Assembly (NCBI RefSeq): GCF_006345805.1
Contig: NC_042999.1
Coordinates: 45,322,001 to 45,386,000 of the forward strand
Direction: 5' to 3'
Source: Octopus sinensis
Taxonomy: Eukaryota
DNA length: 64,000 nucleotides
The notes under the pieces are model-generated. The model saw only the letters and a program-made list of their open reading frames with translations. It did no database searches and was not told the DNA's origin. Every line of letters begins with the position of its first letter. The stretch's first letter is position 1. Both the position numbers and the translations under genes were made by a program. Positions 37,211 to 51,900 of this stretch are shown here, one piece after another.

Positions 37211-39369
37211 TGCTGGCCATTATTTCTATAGAATATCTGTAGAGTTAACCTTAAGTGTTTTGAATATATGCATTAAGGTCAAGGACTTTGAAAGAACATT
37301 TCAAGGCAGAACGGGACTGCTTTTACCCCTATCCAACCTTAGAATTTATCCTCCCAAACTTCAATTTTTCTTTTGTTCAACTGTGGGTCCATTTAGATAT
37401 TCATATGCCATTTGTGGCTTTCTGGATCTTTAACCAATCTACTGGTTGAACCCTAATCTTACAGGTCTTGATTAAGGCAGTGGACTAGCAGAAACAATAG
37501 AGTCCTGAACAAAATATCCTGTGTTATTTAGTTATAATTCTTTATGTTCTGATTTTGAATCTGTCCAAAGTTAAGTTCACCTTTCATCTTTTCGGAGTTG
37601 ATATAAGAAGTGCCAGTAAGGCAGCAAGCTGGCAGAATTGTTAGCACACCAGCCAAAATGCTTGGCAGCATTTCATCTTTCTTCATATTTTGAGTTCAAA
37701 TCCCACTAAGGTCAGCTTTGCCTTTCATCTTTGCAGGGTCGACAAAATAAGCACCAGTCAATGTAATCGACTTCTCTTTTCCCCAAAATTGCTGGCCTTG
37801 TGCCAAAATTTGGAATTGGCATAAGAAGTGCTAGGGTTAGATAAGAGCAGAGAGTTGATGTAATCAGGTGTAAACTGATGCATGTCACCTTGAGTATGAT
37901 GGATTAGCTTGCTGTTCGGTAATGGGCAGTTAGTGAATAATGTACACCTGCATAACCTGCAATTGCTGCAAGAAAAGGATGTAGTCAAAAGATATGCAAC
38001 ATAAGTATGTGCTATTATTATGCTGTCCAATTAAAAAAAATATATATTTATGTTGCAAATGTTCTAAATTTGTAAGCTGTTACCGTTGCTGAAAGCTGGA
38101 ATATTTGATGTTAATTAGATTACACTGCTCATGAAAGATCTGAGTTTCCTTCATATGAAGAAAGCAAACGAATGAAAAAGGAATTGCCAAACATTTGAAG
38201 GAGTCGGAAGTTTTCTTTGCAAGGCTAAAGTTGGGTATGATGACGATCTAGTTATTTTTAACTTCACAATTTATTTTTTACCGACATTTTAGACCTTTTA
38301 ACACAAGTGTCAAATTGCATTTCTAACAGTTACTAAGAATACTTTTCGCGAAGCCTTAGATCAGCAAATAAAGAGAGCAAGGACATCAAAATGGGGGAGA
38401 AACGGTATAAAGGAAGATAGAAAATAACACTGTTGCTTCTTACAGACAGGAAGTTTTTAATTTTTGCTGAGCAAAACAGAAATTTAATTCCAAGCTCATT
38501 AATATTCATCAAAGTGCATGTCTCTGTATTTTATTTATTTTAGTCAATGGAGTGTGGCCATGCTGGGGCACTGCCTTGAAAGGTTTAGTCAAACAAATCA
38601 CCACAATACTTATTTTTGTTAAGACTGGTACTTATTCTATTGATCTCTTTTGTTGAACTGTTAAGTTATGAGAATGTAAATAAACAAACACCAGTTGTCA
38701 AGTGGTTTTGAGGGACAAACACAGATGCGCACTAACAAACAAACACACACACATTCTTTTATTTATTCCAGTCATTTGACTGCGGCCATGCTGGAGCACC
38801 ACCTTAAAGGATTTTAGTCGAAGAAATTGAGCTCAGGACTTATTCTTTGTAAGCCTAGTACTTATCCTATCAGTCCTTTGCTGAACCACTAAGTTACAGG
38901 GAGTTGAACACACCAACATCGGTTGTCAAGCAATGGTGAGTAGGGGGGAGCAACACAGATACAAATATATACACATATATATTCTTTTCTATTCGAGGTT
39001 GAACTAATTGATCTGGGCCAGTCAATAAGATCAACCCCAGTATGTAACTGGTACTTAATTTATCGACCATGAAAGGATGAAAGGCAAAGTCGACCTTGAT
39101 GGAATTTGAACTCAGAACATAAAGACAGATGAAATACCGTTAAGCATTTTGCCTGGCATGTTAATGTTTCTGCCAGTTCGCCACCTTATATATACACACA
39201 CATATATACGATGGTCTTGTTTCAGCTTCTGTCTACCAAATCCAATCTCAAAGCTTTGGTTGGTCTAAGGTTATAGTAGAAGACACTTGCCCAAGGTGCC
39301 ACACAGCAGGACTGCACCCAGATCCATGTGGTTGGGAAGCAAGCTTCTTACTACATAGATATTCCTGCA

Positions 39370-39413
<44 letters not shown>

Positions 39414-40714
39414 CATTTATATACAGCCATCTAAGAATGTATAAGTCAGGTAAAATGCACTCGTATATTTGTCAGTAGAGTGGGTACCCCTTTTATCATG
39501 GGATTGTGCCTAGAAAGTTCCCCTCCAAGGCACAAGTCTGGGAAAACTGTTTATTGAAGACCAGCAGTCGTCCATGCCTACCAGCCTCCCCTCTCTACAC
39601 CACCAATGTTATCCAAAGGAAAAGCAAAGGCCAATACAGCTTGTTATCAGTGACATTGCAACTCATTTCTACAGCTGAGTGAACTGGAGCAACGTGAAAT
39701 AAAGTGTCTTGCTCAAGAACACAACACGCAGCCTGGTCTTGGAATTGAACTCACAACCTCAAAATCGTAAACTTGACACTCTAACCACTGAGCCATGTGC
39801 CTACATCATTATTTATTCACCATTGTTTCATTTGCTAATCAGAGTTACAAAATTGTCCATGTAGGAGAAATATGTAAGATATCTGCTGTTGGAAATCTTT
39901 CAGACAGAATCAAATAATGATTAGAGATAGGGAATGAGCTGTGGGCAGAGGATATCAGTTTAGCAGAGGGGGAAGTGAAGGAAATAGGGTAAAATAAAAG
40001 ATTGATGGAAGAGTGGGTGTCAGAAGATGAGTTGTTGGGGATGGCTTGGCAGAACTGAAATTCTACTGAGATGGATGGGGCTTTACAAGCAAAGTATATG
40101 TGCTTTTGTGTCTCTGTTTGCCACCCCTATTTCTTCTTATTGCTTGACAACAAGTGTCGGTTTGTTTGCCTCCCTTTTAATTAGCCATTGGCAAATTAGA
40201 ATGTTAAAAATAAGTAACAGACTTAAACAAAAAAAAACCCCACATAAATACCAAAATCAATCTGTTTGACTAAAACTTTTGAAAGCGGTACCCCATTATG
40301 GCTGCAGTCCAATGACTGGAACAAGTAAAAGATAAAAGATTAAAATAAAGGACTACAAAAACAATAAAACCCACCCCCAAAAAATCACAGCTCCAATCAC
40401 TTCTGCATGCAATACCACATTCCTTAATTTTCTGTATCAATTTCACATTTCTTTATCTAATTTTCACCGACGCTGTTTTCAGTTTTTACCTGGAGATACG
40501 AAACCAGGTAATTAGCACAGATGTTTTATTTTAAATTCATTAGCCTTCTTTTTGCATAGCTTTGTGAAAGTTTATTTATGTAATTTTTATCTTTTGTTTT
40601 GTCTCCAAATAGCCATTAGAACAACAGGTGTAACAAATTGTCATACTTCAAAAGGCAATGTGTATGCTAAATATGTATGAATGCATCTGAATGTATATAT
40701 TTATATTTATATAT

Positions 40715-40751
<37 letters not shown>

Positions 40752-40864
40752 TGTATATGTATGTATGTATATGTGTGTGTATCTACATAAATATGCAGAT
40801 ATGCATGTGCATACATATGCATGTGTGTGCATATATATGGATGTGTATGTATGTATGTATATAT

Positions 40865-40895
<31 letters not shown>

Positions 40896-41179
40896 TGGTA
40901 AAAACGGTAAGATAACGAAAGAAAGAGACCTCAATATTATGTTAATATATATATATATGTATACAGATATATTTATATATATATATACATGCGAGTATAT
41001 ACATACTATATACACATGTGAGTAGCTGCACATTTTAGAGTAACTGCAAATGAAATAGTGAAAACATACATATGCACTTGAATACAGATAGACAATAGAT
41101 AGATAAATAACTATGTAGATAAATAGATGCATAGATAAATAGATAGCTAGATTGACAGACAGACAGACAAACAAACAGA

Positions 41180-41230
41180 TAGATAGACTGACAGGCAGAC
41201 AGACATAGATAGATAGATAAACACACAGAT

Positions 41231-41293
<63 letters not shown>

Positions 41294-41365
41294 AAGACAG
41301 ACAGACAGACAGACAAATAGACAGATCGATAAACAGATAGATAGATAGATAGATAGATAGATAGC

Positions 41366-41455
<90 letters not shown>
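41180..41455. repeat. (AGAT)n/(AGAC)n microsatellite
   Basis: Direct reading. Confidence 0.95.
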
Positions 41456-41696
41456 TTAATAGGTACTTGTATACTCATCTTCAAAACAGATACAATATAT
41501 ATCTATCTGCATACATAACTAGCTTGCACACAGACATGCACTTATGTACAACACCCTCTGAGACACACCTTTAAAGATGTATTTCCTTTTAAAAAAAGTG
41601 CTTGTTACAATAGATCCAATTAATTATTATGAATATTGAAACTTCATATAAAACATTCACAAACAGTAAAATATGTGTGTTGATATATATATAATA

Positions 41697-41829
<133 letters not shown>

Positions 41830-42343
41830 TACACATATGCATGCATGTTTGTGTGTGTATTTGCATGTATATACATTATATAATAAGTGTGTGTATGTGT
41901 ATGTATATATGTATGTGTGTGTATATATATATATATACATACACACATGCACTCACATGCATACACATGCGCACACATGTATGCACACACACATACACAC
42001 ACACACTCATATATACTTCGTGAGATACTGTTGAAGTGTACTTTATGCAAAATTCACCTATTTTTAATAATTAATTAGAAGCCATTGTAAGAACATGTTT
42101 TAAAAATATTTGTTTAGAGGTGTGTCGATTAAAATTTTAGGTGTTGGTATATATCCAGGACAAAGCATCATTTACACTGGAAAAATACTGAGTAATAATG
42201 TAAAACCTCATGGGCCAACAGCATTGCCACTATATGGCCAGTCGTTCTGCTAGAAAGAACAACCAAATCTCATGCCAGTGACACTGTTGTATAAGGAAGA
42301 TGCAGAAGGATGTGCTTGATAATGTAGTTCTAGAAACCATTAA

Positions 42344-42564
42344 CCCTTTTGTTACCAACCCGGCTGAAACTCGCTCTGGCTCTGTAGTACAAATGTCTTG
42401 TATTCAAAAGTTTTGAATTAAAATCTTCCACCAAACCTTAGTCACAATTTATGTTCCTAACACTAGCTTAATGATAACTAAGTTATTTTACTAAATTCTT
42501 TGTTATATTTAAAATAATTGAAAGAAACACAGAGCATCTCAAAATAAATACGGTAGCGAAAGGG
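42344..42564. mobile_element. piggyBac-type MITE
   Basis: TTAA on both sides; ends CCCTTTTGTTACC / GGTAGCGAAAGGG. Second copy at 54218-54437. Confidence 0.85.
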
Positions 42565-43350
42565 TTAAATGGCAGAGTATGGTCATTGCCTGACTGTCTT
42601 TGATTATAGGTGCGAATGGCTGGAGTTGACTTGGGGCTAAACAGCAACTATAACTCTAGTAACACTAGCATCATCATCATCAATAACGATAACAACAACA
42701 GCAGCAGTAACAACAGAAATATCGACAACAATTGCAGAAACAGTAACGGCTATGACAATAACAACTACAACACCAATAATAGTCATTTCTACAGTAGATC
42801 CATGGGTTGGAATTTTGATGGATGAAATGCCACTAAGCATTATCGACTAGATCGCCCCCCCCCACCTCCAGTACACAACTGGTACTTAATTTGTTGATCC
42901 TGAAAGGATGAAAGACAAAGTTGATCTCGGCAGAATTTGAACTCAGAACGTAGCTGCAGATGAAATACCTCTAAGCTTTCTGCCCAGTGCACTAAGGATT
43001 CTACCAGCTTGCTACCTTAACAACAATAATAATAATAATAATAATAATAATAATTCTTTTCTGCTCTAGGTACAAGGCTCAAACCTTTGGGGAATGGAGC
43101 CAGTCGATTAGATTGACCCCAGTATGCAACTGGTACTTAATTATTCGATCCTGAAAGGATGAAAGGTAAAGTCGACCTCGGCGGAATTTGAACTCAGAAC
43201 ATAAAGACAGATGAAATACTGCTAAGCATTTCACCCAGCATGTTAATGATTCTGCCAGCTCACTGCCTTAAAAACAACAACAACAACAACAACTATAATA
43301 ATAATAATAATAAGAAGAAGAAGAAGAAGAAGAAGAAAAAGAAGAAGAAG

Positions 43351-43950
43351 GAATATATTCACAGACATGACAGAGTTGGAACCTACATACATTGGAAGCT
43401 ATGCCAACATTATGGAATAACAACAGAAAAAAGATGGTATAGGCACACACCAGAAAAGGTCACAGAAAACGAGAAAGCAACTATACTCTTGGATATGCCG
43501 ATACACACAGATAGAAAAATTAAGGCCAACAGACCAGATATAGTTGTCAGAGATCATGAAGAAAAAAAATGCTTTCTAATTGATGTATCAATACCAGCAG
43601 ATGACAACGTGTCTCTAAAAGAAATGGAGAAACTCTCAAAATACAAAGACCTGGAAATAGAGGTAACTAGAATGTGGAATCTGAAAACAGAAACAATTCC
43701 TATCATAGTAGGTGCATTAGGCATGATAAAAAAATATTCAGACAAATACATAACAAAAACACCAGGACTTACAAACACATATAACATACAGAAAATTGCA
43801 CTACTAGGCACTGCACACATCCTACGCAGAACACTTTCCATACAATAACCATCAGAGCATCACAACAAATCACAGCACATACCCAAGGCACACAGAGCTG
43901 CGCTCGGTAGTGAAGTGAAAGCACGCTATAAAAATAAAACTACTGAATAA
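43351..43950 (+). mobile_element. 5'-truncated R4/Dong-like non-LTR retrotransposon (restriction-like endonuclease domain and 3' UTR)
   Basis: RHDRV...HW and NRPDIVV..CFLIDVSIP..KLSKY (PD-D/ExK RLE motif); stop at 43848; tail TACTG(AAT)n. Confidence 0.88.
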
Positions 43951-43960
43951 TAATAATAAT

Positions 43961-44373
43961 AAGACCAGATATAGTTGTCAGAGATCACGAAGAAAAAAAA
44001 TGCTTTCTAATTGATGTATCAATACCGGCAGATGACAACGTGTCTCTAAAAGAAATGGAGACACTTTCAAACTACAAAGACCTGGAAATAGAGGTAACCA
44101 GAATGTGGAATCTAAAAACAGAAACAATCCCTATCATAGTAGGTGCATTAGGCATGATAAAAAAATATTCAGACAAATACATAACAAAAACACCAGGACT
44201 TACAAACACATATAACATACAGAAAATTGCACTACTAGGCACTGCACACATCACACGCAGAACACTTTCCATACAATAACCATCAGAGCATCACAACAAA
44301 TCACAGCACATACCCAAGGCACACAGAGCTGCGCTCGGTAGTGAAGTGAAAGCACGCTATAAAAATAAAACTA

Positions 44374-44380
<7 letters not shown>
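43961..44380 (+). mobile_element. Second, shorter R4/Dong-like copy in tandem
   Basis: Starts at the RPDIVV codons directly after the first copy's (AAT)n tail; about 10 substitutions relative to copy 1. Confidence 0.88.
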
Positions 44381-44423
<43 letters not shown>

Positions 44424-45307
44424 TGATGATGATGATGATAATAATAATAATAATAATAATGATTATAATAATAATGGTTTCAAGTTTTGCCACAAGGGCA
44501 GCAATTTTGGGGGAGGGGATGAGTCGATTACATTGATCTCAGGGTTCAAATGGTACTTATTTTATCGACCCCAAAAGGATGATAATTAAAGTCAACCTAG
44601 GCAGAATTTGAACTCGGAACATAGCAGCAGATGAAATACCACTAAGCATTTCACCTGGCATGCTAAAGATTCCGTTGGCTGACTACCTTAACAACAATAA
44701 CAACGACATCAATACCAATGACAGCAACAACAACAACAACATTAACAACCACCAGCAACAACAACAACAATAGCAGCAGCAGCAACAACTGTTGTTATAG
44801 CAAAGCAATAATTAAAGCAACAAACAATTACAACAATAACAACAGCAACGTGGACAGGAATATCTGAAATCCTAAATAAAATAATGGACATTCAGTGCAA
44901 GAAGACTGCTGAAGCTATTTTGGTTTATAAAAACATATCCTGTCATCAGAAGTGAAGTATTAGATCGGGAGGTGGTGTTGGAAGAATGTGACAGCTGGGG
45001 TTTCATTATATCAATAAAGTTAATGCCTGATGTACTGGACTATCTCACATAAACACACATACACGCACATAAAGGAGAAAATAATTTATTCTTAGTTTAA
45101 TTTAAATTTATCACTTAATTGCAGAAAGAAAATAGACACATCATGATGGTAATTGTTAGAGACTCTCTAAGAAGCTTGCTTCCCAACTACAGGATTTAGG
45201 CTTCAGTTCCACTACCTGGCATCATGGGCAAGTGTCTTCTGCTATAACCATGGGCAACAAAAGCATTTTACATATATATATACATACATAAATACATACA
45301 TATATAT

Positions 45308-45658
45308 ACATACCTACATCTATATGTATATATACATGCATATATGGATACAGGACATCAACAAAACGTTGAACACAATGAGAAACGAAAACATAAAAAC
45401 AAAAACATAGAAATGAACTTTTTTCAAACAACGGAAAAACAGAGTACAAGACATACAACACAAGGAATATTGCCCTTCTTCAGTTGTCCCTGTTTCGTCT
45501 ACTCCACGTTTCGAAGGTTACCTGTTTTTTTGTTGTGTGAAAAAAAGTTCGTTTACATGTTTTTGTATTTATGTTTTCGTTTCTCATTGTGTTCAACGTT
45601 TTATTCGATGTCCCGTACCCATATATGCATGTATATATACATGTAGATGTAGGTATGT
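45308..45658. repeat. Inverted-repeat unit with ~130-bp arms in microsatellite context
   Basis: 45308-45440 vs 45520-45658, including AAAACGTTGAACACAATGAGAAACGAAAACATAAA. Confidence 0.8.
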
Positions 45659-45764
45659 ACATATATGTATGTATATATGCATATATTTATATATCATTTA
45701 TATTATTATATGATCGAATGCCATGCATCCTTTTCCAAGTATATATATATATATATATATAATA

Positions 45765-46611
45765 CAGGGATTGGACAAAATAATGGAAACACCTTAAAAT
45801 TTCAAGCAAATTTATTTTAATATGGGTTTGGACTGCCATTGGCAGTAATTACAGCTTGAATTCTATGAATATGGTCTCGTACAACGTTTGAATTGTTTCC
45901 AAAGGAATTTTTGTCCTTTCTTCAGCTAAAACAGTTTTCGGTTCTTGTAGTGATGATGGTGGAAGATATCGACTCCTTACTTATTTTTATAAAATGCACC
46001 ATAAATGTTCAATAATATTGAGATCTGGGGACTGTGGTAGCCAGATAAGATGTTCAACTTCACTAGAATGTTCCTTGTGCCATCTAGTAACAACTTTAGT
46101 GGTGTGAATTGGTGCATTATCATCCTGAAAGATTGTATTTCCCTCCAGATACAGTTCTACAACCAGAAGATGAATTTGATCTGATAAAATGCTTAAAGAG
46201 TCTTGACTTTTAATTCTGCCATGAAGGGAAACCATTGGGCTGGCAGATTTCCAAGATATAGCCCCATCATATCATCATAGATCCTCCTCGATGTTTAACA
46301 ATTGGAAGAAGGCAGTCTGGGTCAAATACTTCTTTTGGCTGTTTCCAAACATATACATGGCTGGTGGTCAGAAATAAGGTAATGGATGACTTGTCCTAGA
46401 AAATAACATTCTTCCACTGCTCTTTTAATGAATTTTAATTACGTTTTTATTATGATATTTGAAAAGAAACAGCAATTTTAGCAAAACATTAAGCAACTCT
46501 AATAATAAATCAAAGAGCATACAAATAAACAAGCTTTTGACAGTTTTATAGATATTTCAAAATTATGATGCTATGATGCTAGATGTTTCCATTATTTTTT
46601 CTAACTGTCTG
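45765..46611 (-). mobile_element. Internally deleted Tc1 element
   Basis: TA-CAGGGATTGGACAAAATAATGGAAACAC end and a degenerate right end. ORF 45987-46235 has FQDDNAPIH and PQSPDLNIIEHLW (DD34E). Confidence 0.85.
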
Positions 46612-46686
46612 GATGTTTTGTTGACGCCTGTTACATTCTTGTTATATATACATATAGCGGCATATGTACACTTTTGGTCTCATATA

Positions 46687-46749
<63 letters not shown>

Positions 46750-46753
<4 letters not shown>

Positions 46754-47120
46754 TACTCTTTTACTCTTTTTCTTGTTTCAGTCATTTGACTCCAGCCATG
46801 CTGTAGCACCGCCTTTAATCGAGCAACTCGACCCCGAGACTTATTCTTTGTAAGCCCAGTACTTATTCTATCAGTCTCTTTTTTTTTGCCGAACCGCTAA
46901 GTGACGGGGACATAAACACACCAGCAAACACACACACATACATATATATATACATATATACGACGGGCTTCTTTCAGTTTCCGTCAACCAAATCCACTCA
47001 CAAGGCTTTGGTCGGCCCGAGGCTATAGTAGAAGACACTTGCCCAAGTTGCCACGCAGTGGGACTGAACCCGGAACCATGTGGTTGGTAAACAAGCTACT
47101 TACCACACAGCCACTCCTGT
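46750..47120 (-). mobile_element. SINE family B
   Basis: Reverse full-length match. Confidence 0.85.
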
Positions 47121-47121
47121 G

Positions 47122-47229
<108 letters not shown>

Positions 47230-47252
47230 ATAATATATATATATATATATTA

Positions 47253-47283
<31 letters not shown>

Positions 47284-47381
47284 ATAATTTCAACAATTGA
47301 GGCTAAAATTAATTAATTATTATCATTTCACCAAGTATTCAGTATGTAAAGGGACCATTTAAGGCGAATTCAAATTATTAC

Positions 47382-47813
47382 ATTATATAAAAGGGCTTAG
47401 TAAAATAAATTACTTTGCCACATACTGAACTCATTAGAAATAGTAGCTAAAAAAACTTTTTTAAAACTATTTCTAATACTTAAAGATCCGGTTAGTTTCG
47501 AGCAGATCTTCAGAAGTGATAAGAAGCCGAAAGGGTATGCTCCCACTTTCAGTGTTTTCAAATCCAAACCAAGGAGTTCTGAGCTGATGATAGAAATGTC
47601 GAGTTGACTAATCTTGAAACGTACGTTCTCAAATAACCTTTGCATTTGATTTTTTAATGTCTTTACCCCCATACTTTCGTGAGTTGAATTGAGCAAACAC
47701 TATATGAGAGAGATTTTCTTTAAGTATTAGAAATAGTTTTAAAAAAGTTTTTTTAGCTACTATTTCTAATGAGTTCAGTATGTGGCAAAGTAATTTATTT
47801 TACTAATCCCTTT

Positions 47814-47821
<8 letters not shown>
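47382..47821. mobile_element. Inverted-repeat unit (~100-bp arms) enclosing hammerhead-like motifs, in (TA)n
   Basis: 47382-47483 vs 47718-47821 nearly identical. Spacer has TGAG-CTGATGA-TAGA...TCTT-GAAA-CGTACG-TT-CTCA (47580-47631). Confidence 0.7.
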
Positions 47822-47876
<55 letters not shown>

Positions 47877-48027
47877 ATATTATATATATATATATATATT
47901 TTTATTTTATATATACAAAAATTTTATATATATAAAAAAATTTATATATTTTATATATATAATAATATTATATATATATACATATATATATATACACATA
48001 TATAATATATCTATATATATCTCTATA

Positions 48028-48721
48028 TATAGGGATTTAACTTGACCCTACCTGAGATTTGAAACCAAATCCACCTGCTTGTTGCTTGTCAAAATGAGTG
48101 GGAAATACTCTCCACATCAGATGAGTGATAAGGAAACACTGGACCTTCTAGGACCTGCGCTAGTCGAGGAAAGGTCAATCCTTTGTCTAAGGTTTGACCT
48201 ACATTACTGAACATAGTTGTAAGGAATATGTGATATCTCCGCTTGCACTTTTGGGGTGCAAGTTGGTGCAATCACTTTCCGTTGCTTTTATATCCAGACT
48301 CTACCAGTCAAAGAAACACAAACCGCAGACGTAAAAAAAATAGACAAACTTTATTGTTTTATACCGGTGAGAAATCAGTGGTATATCTGATGTCCAAAAT
48401 GGCATCCTGAGGAAGAAGATGATTTGACTGCAACAATTCAGGTTAAAAGTCTTCGGCCAAAGGACTGCTGCTATCAAAACCGGAGAGAGAGCGAATTAAC
48501 CGTCTGCTTTGGTGAAATGCCTGCCGCTGTCTGTCGGACGCTAATGGTCAACCTTTACGCTCCCTTGCCTCTTTGTTAAGGCTCACGCTCCCTTGCCTAA
48601 GGCCACATCAGCAAGGCTGTCAGCTAAGGCCACGTCAGCAAAATTCCCTCTTTCGGACTTCGTGTATTCGCGAGAGGGCGTTGCACGCGCGCGCGCTGTT
48701 GTATAGGATCACTTCACTACA
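48028..48721 (-). mobile_element. 3' LTR of the Gypsy element
   Basis: Begins TGTAGTG right after the polypurine tract and ends CCCTATA (expected ...CTACA) at a TA array. Contains AATAAA, TATAAAA and two short internal direct repeats. The left boundary is inferred because no second LTR exists to compare. Confidence 0.7.
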
Positions 48722-48724
48722 AAG

Positions 48725-48733
48725 CTCCCCTCC
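48725..48733 (-). other. Polypurine tract
   Basis: GGAGGGGAG on the minus strand, 3 nt before TGTAG. Confidence 0.75.
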
Positions 48734-48931
48734 AGTGCCTAAGCACGAACAACAATTCCTTGTAGTGACCATAAAACTCAAGGTGGACACCAGACAACCA
48801 AAAATAGCACACAATATAATACATTAAACAGCAAAAAAAAAATTCACCTTAAAGGTAAAAAGAGAAAAAATACTCAAAATGAGCAAAGTTCAATGAGTAC
48901 TGAACTGTCACTGGGAAGTCAATTGAAAATG

Positions 48932-51900
48932 TCAAATATAAATAGTTTTGGAAAGTTTTTTCGGCCAGTGAACAGTTCTGCCTGACCTCGTAACATAAGG
49001 TCTGTTCGAGGCAGGCTGCGACGACGAAGGTGGTGTTGTCGATGTTGGTGTTGATAATGGTGCATGTGTAAATAGTGGTGTTGTCAAAGGTGCATGTGAA
49101 GGTTCAACGATGGTTGTGGCAGTGGGGTCATTAAAAGATGTGGACACCTCAAAATATGCCCTTTTAAGACGATCTACGGAGACGGTCTCCGAACGACCGT
49201 TAATTTCAAGTTTGAATACCTTCGGCGTGCGAGAAATCACACGAAAAGGTCCTTTATAAGGAGAAACAAGAGGTCCTTTGACAGAATCATCACGAATAAA
49301 AACAAGCGTCCAAGAATTAAGGTCTGATGGCACACTAGAAGGAGGATTTTGGCGTCGAGGGTCCATAGGAGGAAGGGCAGAAAAATATCTGCGTAATCGA
49401 GCAACATAAGACTCTAAATTAAGAGACTGTGACTTGTCTGGCACCAACATCGTATCAGGCAATGCCAGTGTGGTACCATACAAGAGCTCGGCAGACGAAA
49501 AACCAAGGTCTGCTTTAATCGCAGTCCGACATCCAAGCAGGACGATCGGTAGAAATTCAGTCCATGTCTGTGGATTCGGCGAGGCACGCAAAGCGGCCTT
49601 AAGTTGCCTATGGAAACGCTCCACCATCCCATTAGAAGCGGGGTGGTAACTTGTGGTGCGTATATGATGCATCCCCAGGATTCGTGATAACTCACGAAAC
49701 AATGCAGACTCGAATTGTCGACCACGATCTGTGGTTAAACTGTACGGTACACCATACCTCGAAATCCAATTAGATACGAAAGCCCTCGCAACAGTTTCAG
49801 CTGAAATGTCTGCTATAGGAATAGCTTCCGGCCAGCGTGAAAAACGATCAATACAAGTTAAAATGTATGAGAACCCGCGACTCACAGGCCATGGTCCAAC
49901 CAAATCAAGGTGGATATGGCGAAAACGGGCTTCAGGAGAGGAAAATTGTCCAAGTGGAGCACGAACGTGTCTATGGACTTTAGCACTCTGGCACCTCAAA
50001 CAAGAGCGTGCCCAAGAGGTAATTGATCGTCGCATATTGGGCCAGAAGAACCGAGCAGTAACAAGCTTTACTGTGGCAGAGATACCTGGATGTGACAGTG
50101 AATGAAGAGCATCAAACACGGAACGTTGATGTTTCTCAGGTACTAATGGTCTAGGTGAACCGGTAGAAACGTCACAAAGAATAGAGCCTTCCGCTGTAGG
50201 GAGCGGAAGGTAGTCAAACTTACAGTTAATAAACTTAGGCGAAGTTAAATCCAACTCCTCTAAAGGTGGTTGTTCCTGCGAAATAGCAGTTAAATCAATT
50301 GCTGCAGGAGAGGAAATGGAATTGACAGGGAGTCTAGAGAGAGCATCTGCAGGGACGTTCTCACTGCCTGGCACATGCCTAATGTCACTTGTAAATTGAG
50401 AAATATAGTCCAGGTGACGGAAAGCACGAGGAGAGAGTTTATCCGTTTTAGAAGATAAAGCAAAAGTAAGGGGCTTGTGATCAGTATAAATCACAAACTC
50501 TCGTCCCTCGAGCTGGTGTTGAAAATGCCGAACTGACAGATAGATCGCTAGTAACTCTCGATCAAAGGTACTATATCTGCATTCAGCAGGCTTTAGCTGA
50601 CAAGAAAAGAAAGCTAAAGGTTTAACTTCACCCTCTACGGTGTGCTGCAAAACAGCGCCAATTGCAGACTCTGATGCGTCCACAGATAAAGTAAGTGGAG
50701 CATTAGGAGCCGGATGTGCCAAAATAGGGACTGAAGCTAGTTCCTTTTTAACCAACTCAAAGGCAGACAGTGCTTCAGCCGAAAGAGTCAGACGGGCGTC
50801 CTTCTTGGAATTGCCCTTTAACATTTGTGTTAAAGGTAACAACTTGTCCGCACACCGATCTATGAAACGTCTATAGAAATTTACTATGCCTAAAAAATGG
50901 CGAAGTTGACGCAAAGAAGAAGGTGGTGCGATGCGTTGAATAGCATCGACTTTGGATGAGAGTGGTTTGATTCCTCTCGAGTCAATATAATGACCGAGAA
51001 AATTAAGAGATGGTTGCCCAAAAACACACTTGTCTGGATTAATGCGAACACCATAGTCGCGAAGACGCTGAAAAAGCTGAGACAAGTGCAGGAGATGATT
51101 TTCATGCATATCACTTGCGATTAGAATATCATCGACATACGCGAAGACAAAATCCAGTCCGCAAACAACTTCATCTATAAACCGTTGGAAAGTACTAGTG
51201 GCATTCCTCAAACCAAAACTCATGAATAAAAATTCAAAACAGCCAAAAGGAGTAGTAATTGCTGTTTTAGGAATATCGTCTGAGTTGACCGGTATTTGAT
51301 GGTAGGCACGTATCAGGTCAACCTTAGAAAAAATAGTACAGCCATGTAAATTTGCCGAAAAATCGTTTAAAATCCTTATGGGATATTTGTCTGGAATCGT
51401 CACCGCATTTAGACGCCGATAATCTCCCACCGGGCGAAAATCTGTATCCCCTTTTCTTACTAAATGAAGGGGAGATGCCCATGGACTGGTGGAGGGGCGT
51501 ATCAGACCGAGCTGGAGCATGTGCTCAAACTCAGCCCTAGCAGTTTTAAGTCGATCAGGTGCAAGACGCCTTGGACGTGAAAAAACAGGAGGTCCAGTTG
51601 TTGTTATAAAGTGTCGTGTCGAATGCAATGGCTTAGCCACCCTAAAGGTAACATCATATAGCTCTGGAAAAGAAGCTAAAAGAGAGTGAAAAACATCTCC
51701 AGATGTACCGACAAAAAATGTCGGGCTAAGAGCTAAATTGGTAGATTCTCCGGTCGGCGTGGAGAGTGTAGTCGAACTATCGACCAACCTCCGACGTCTG
51801 ACATCTACCAACAAATCAAATTTATCCAGAAAATCCGCACCTAAAATAGGATGCGGAATGTCGGCAATGACAAAAACCCATCGAAAGTCTCGTCGAAGAC

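Noticed and set aside
45885-45930. CTGAAGA...GAAA hammerhead-like string on the minus strand
   Set aside because: It is Tc1 transposase coding sequence (LAEERTKIPLETIQ) with no valid cleavage triplet or stem I.
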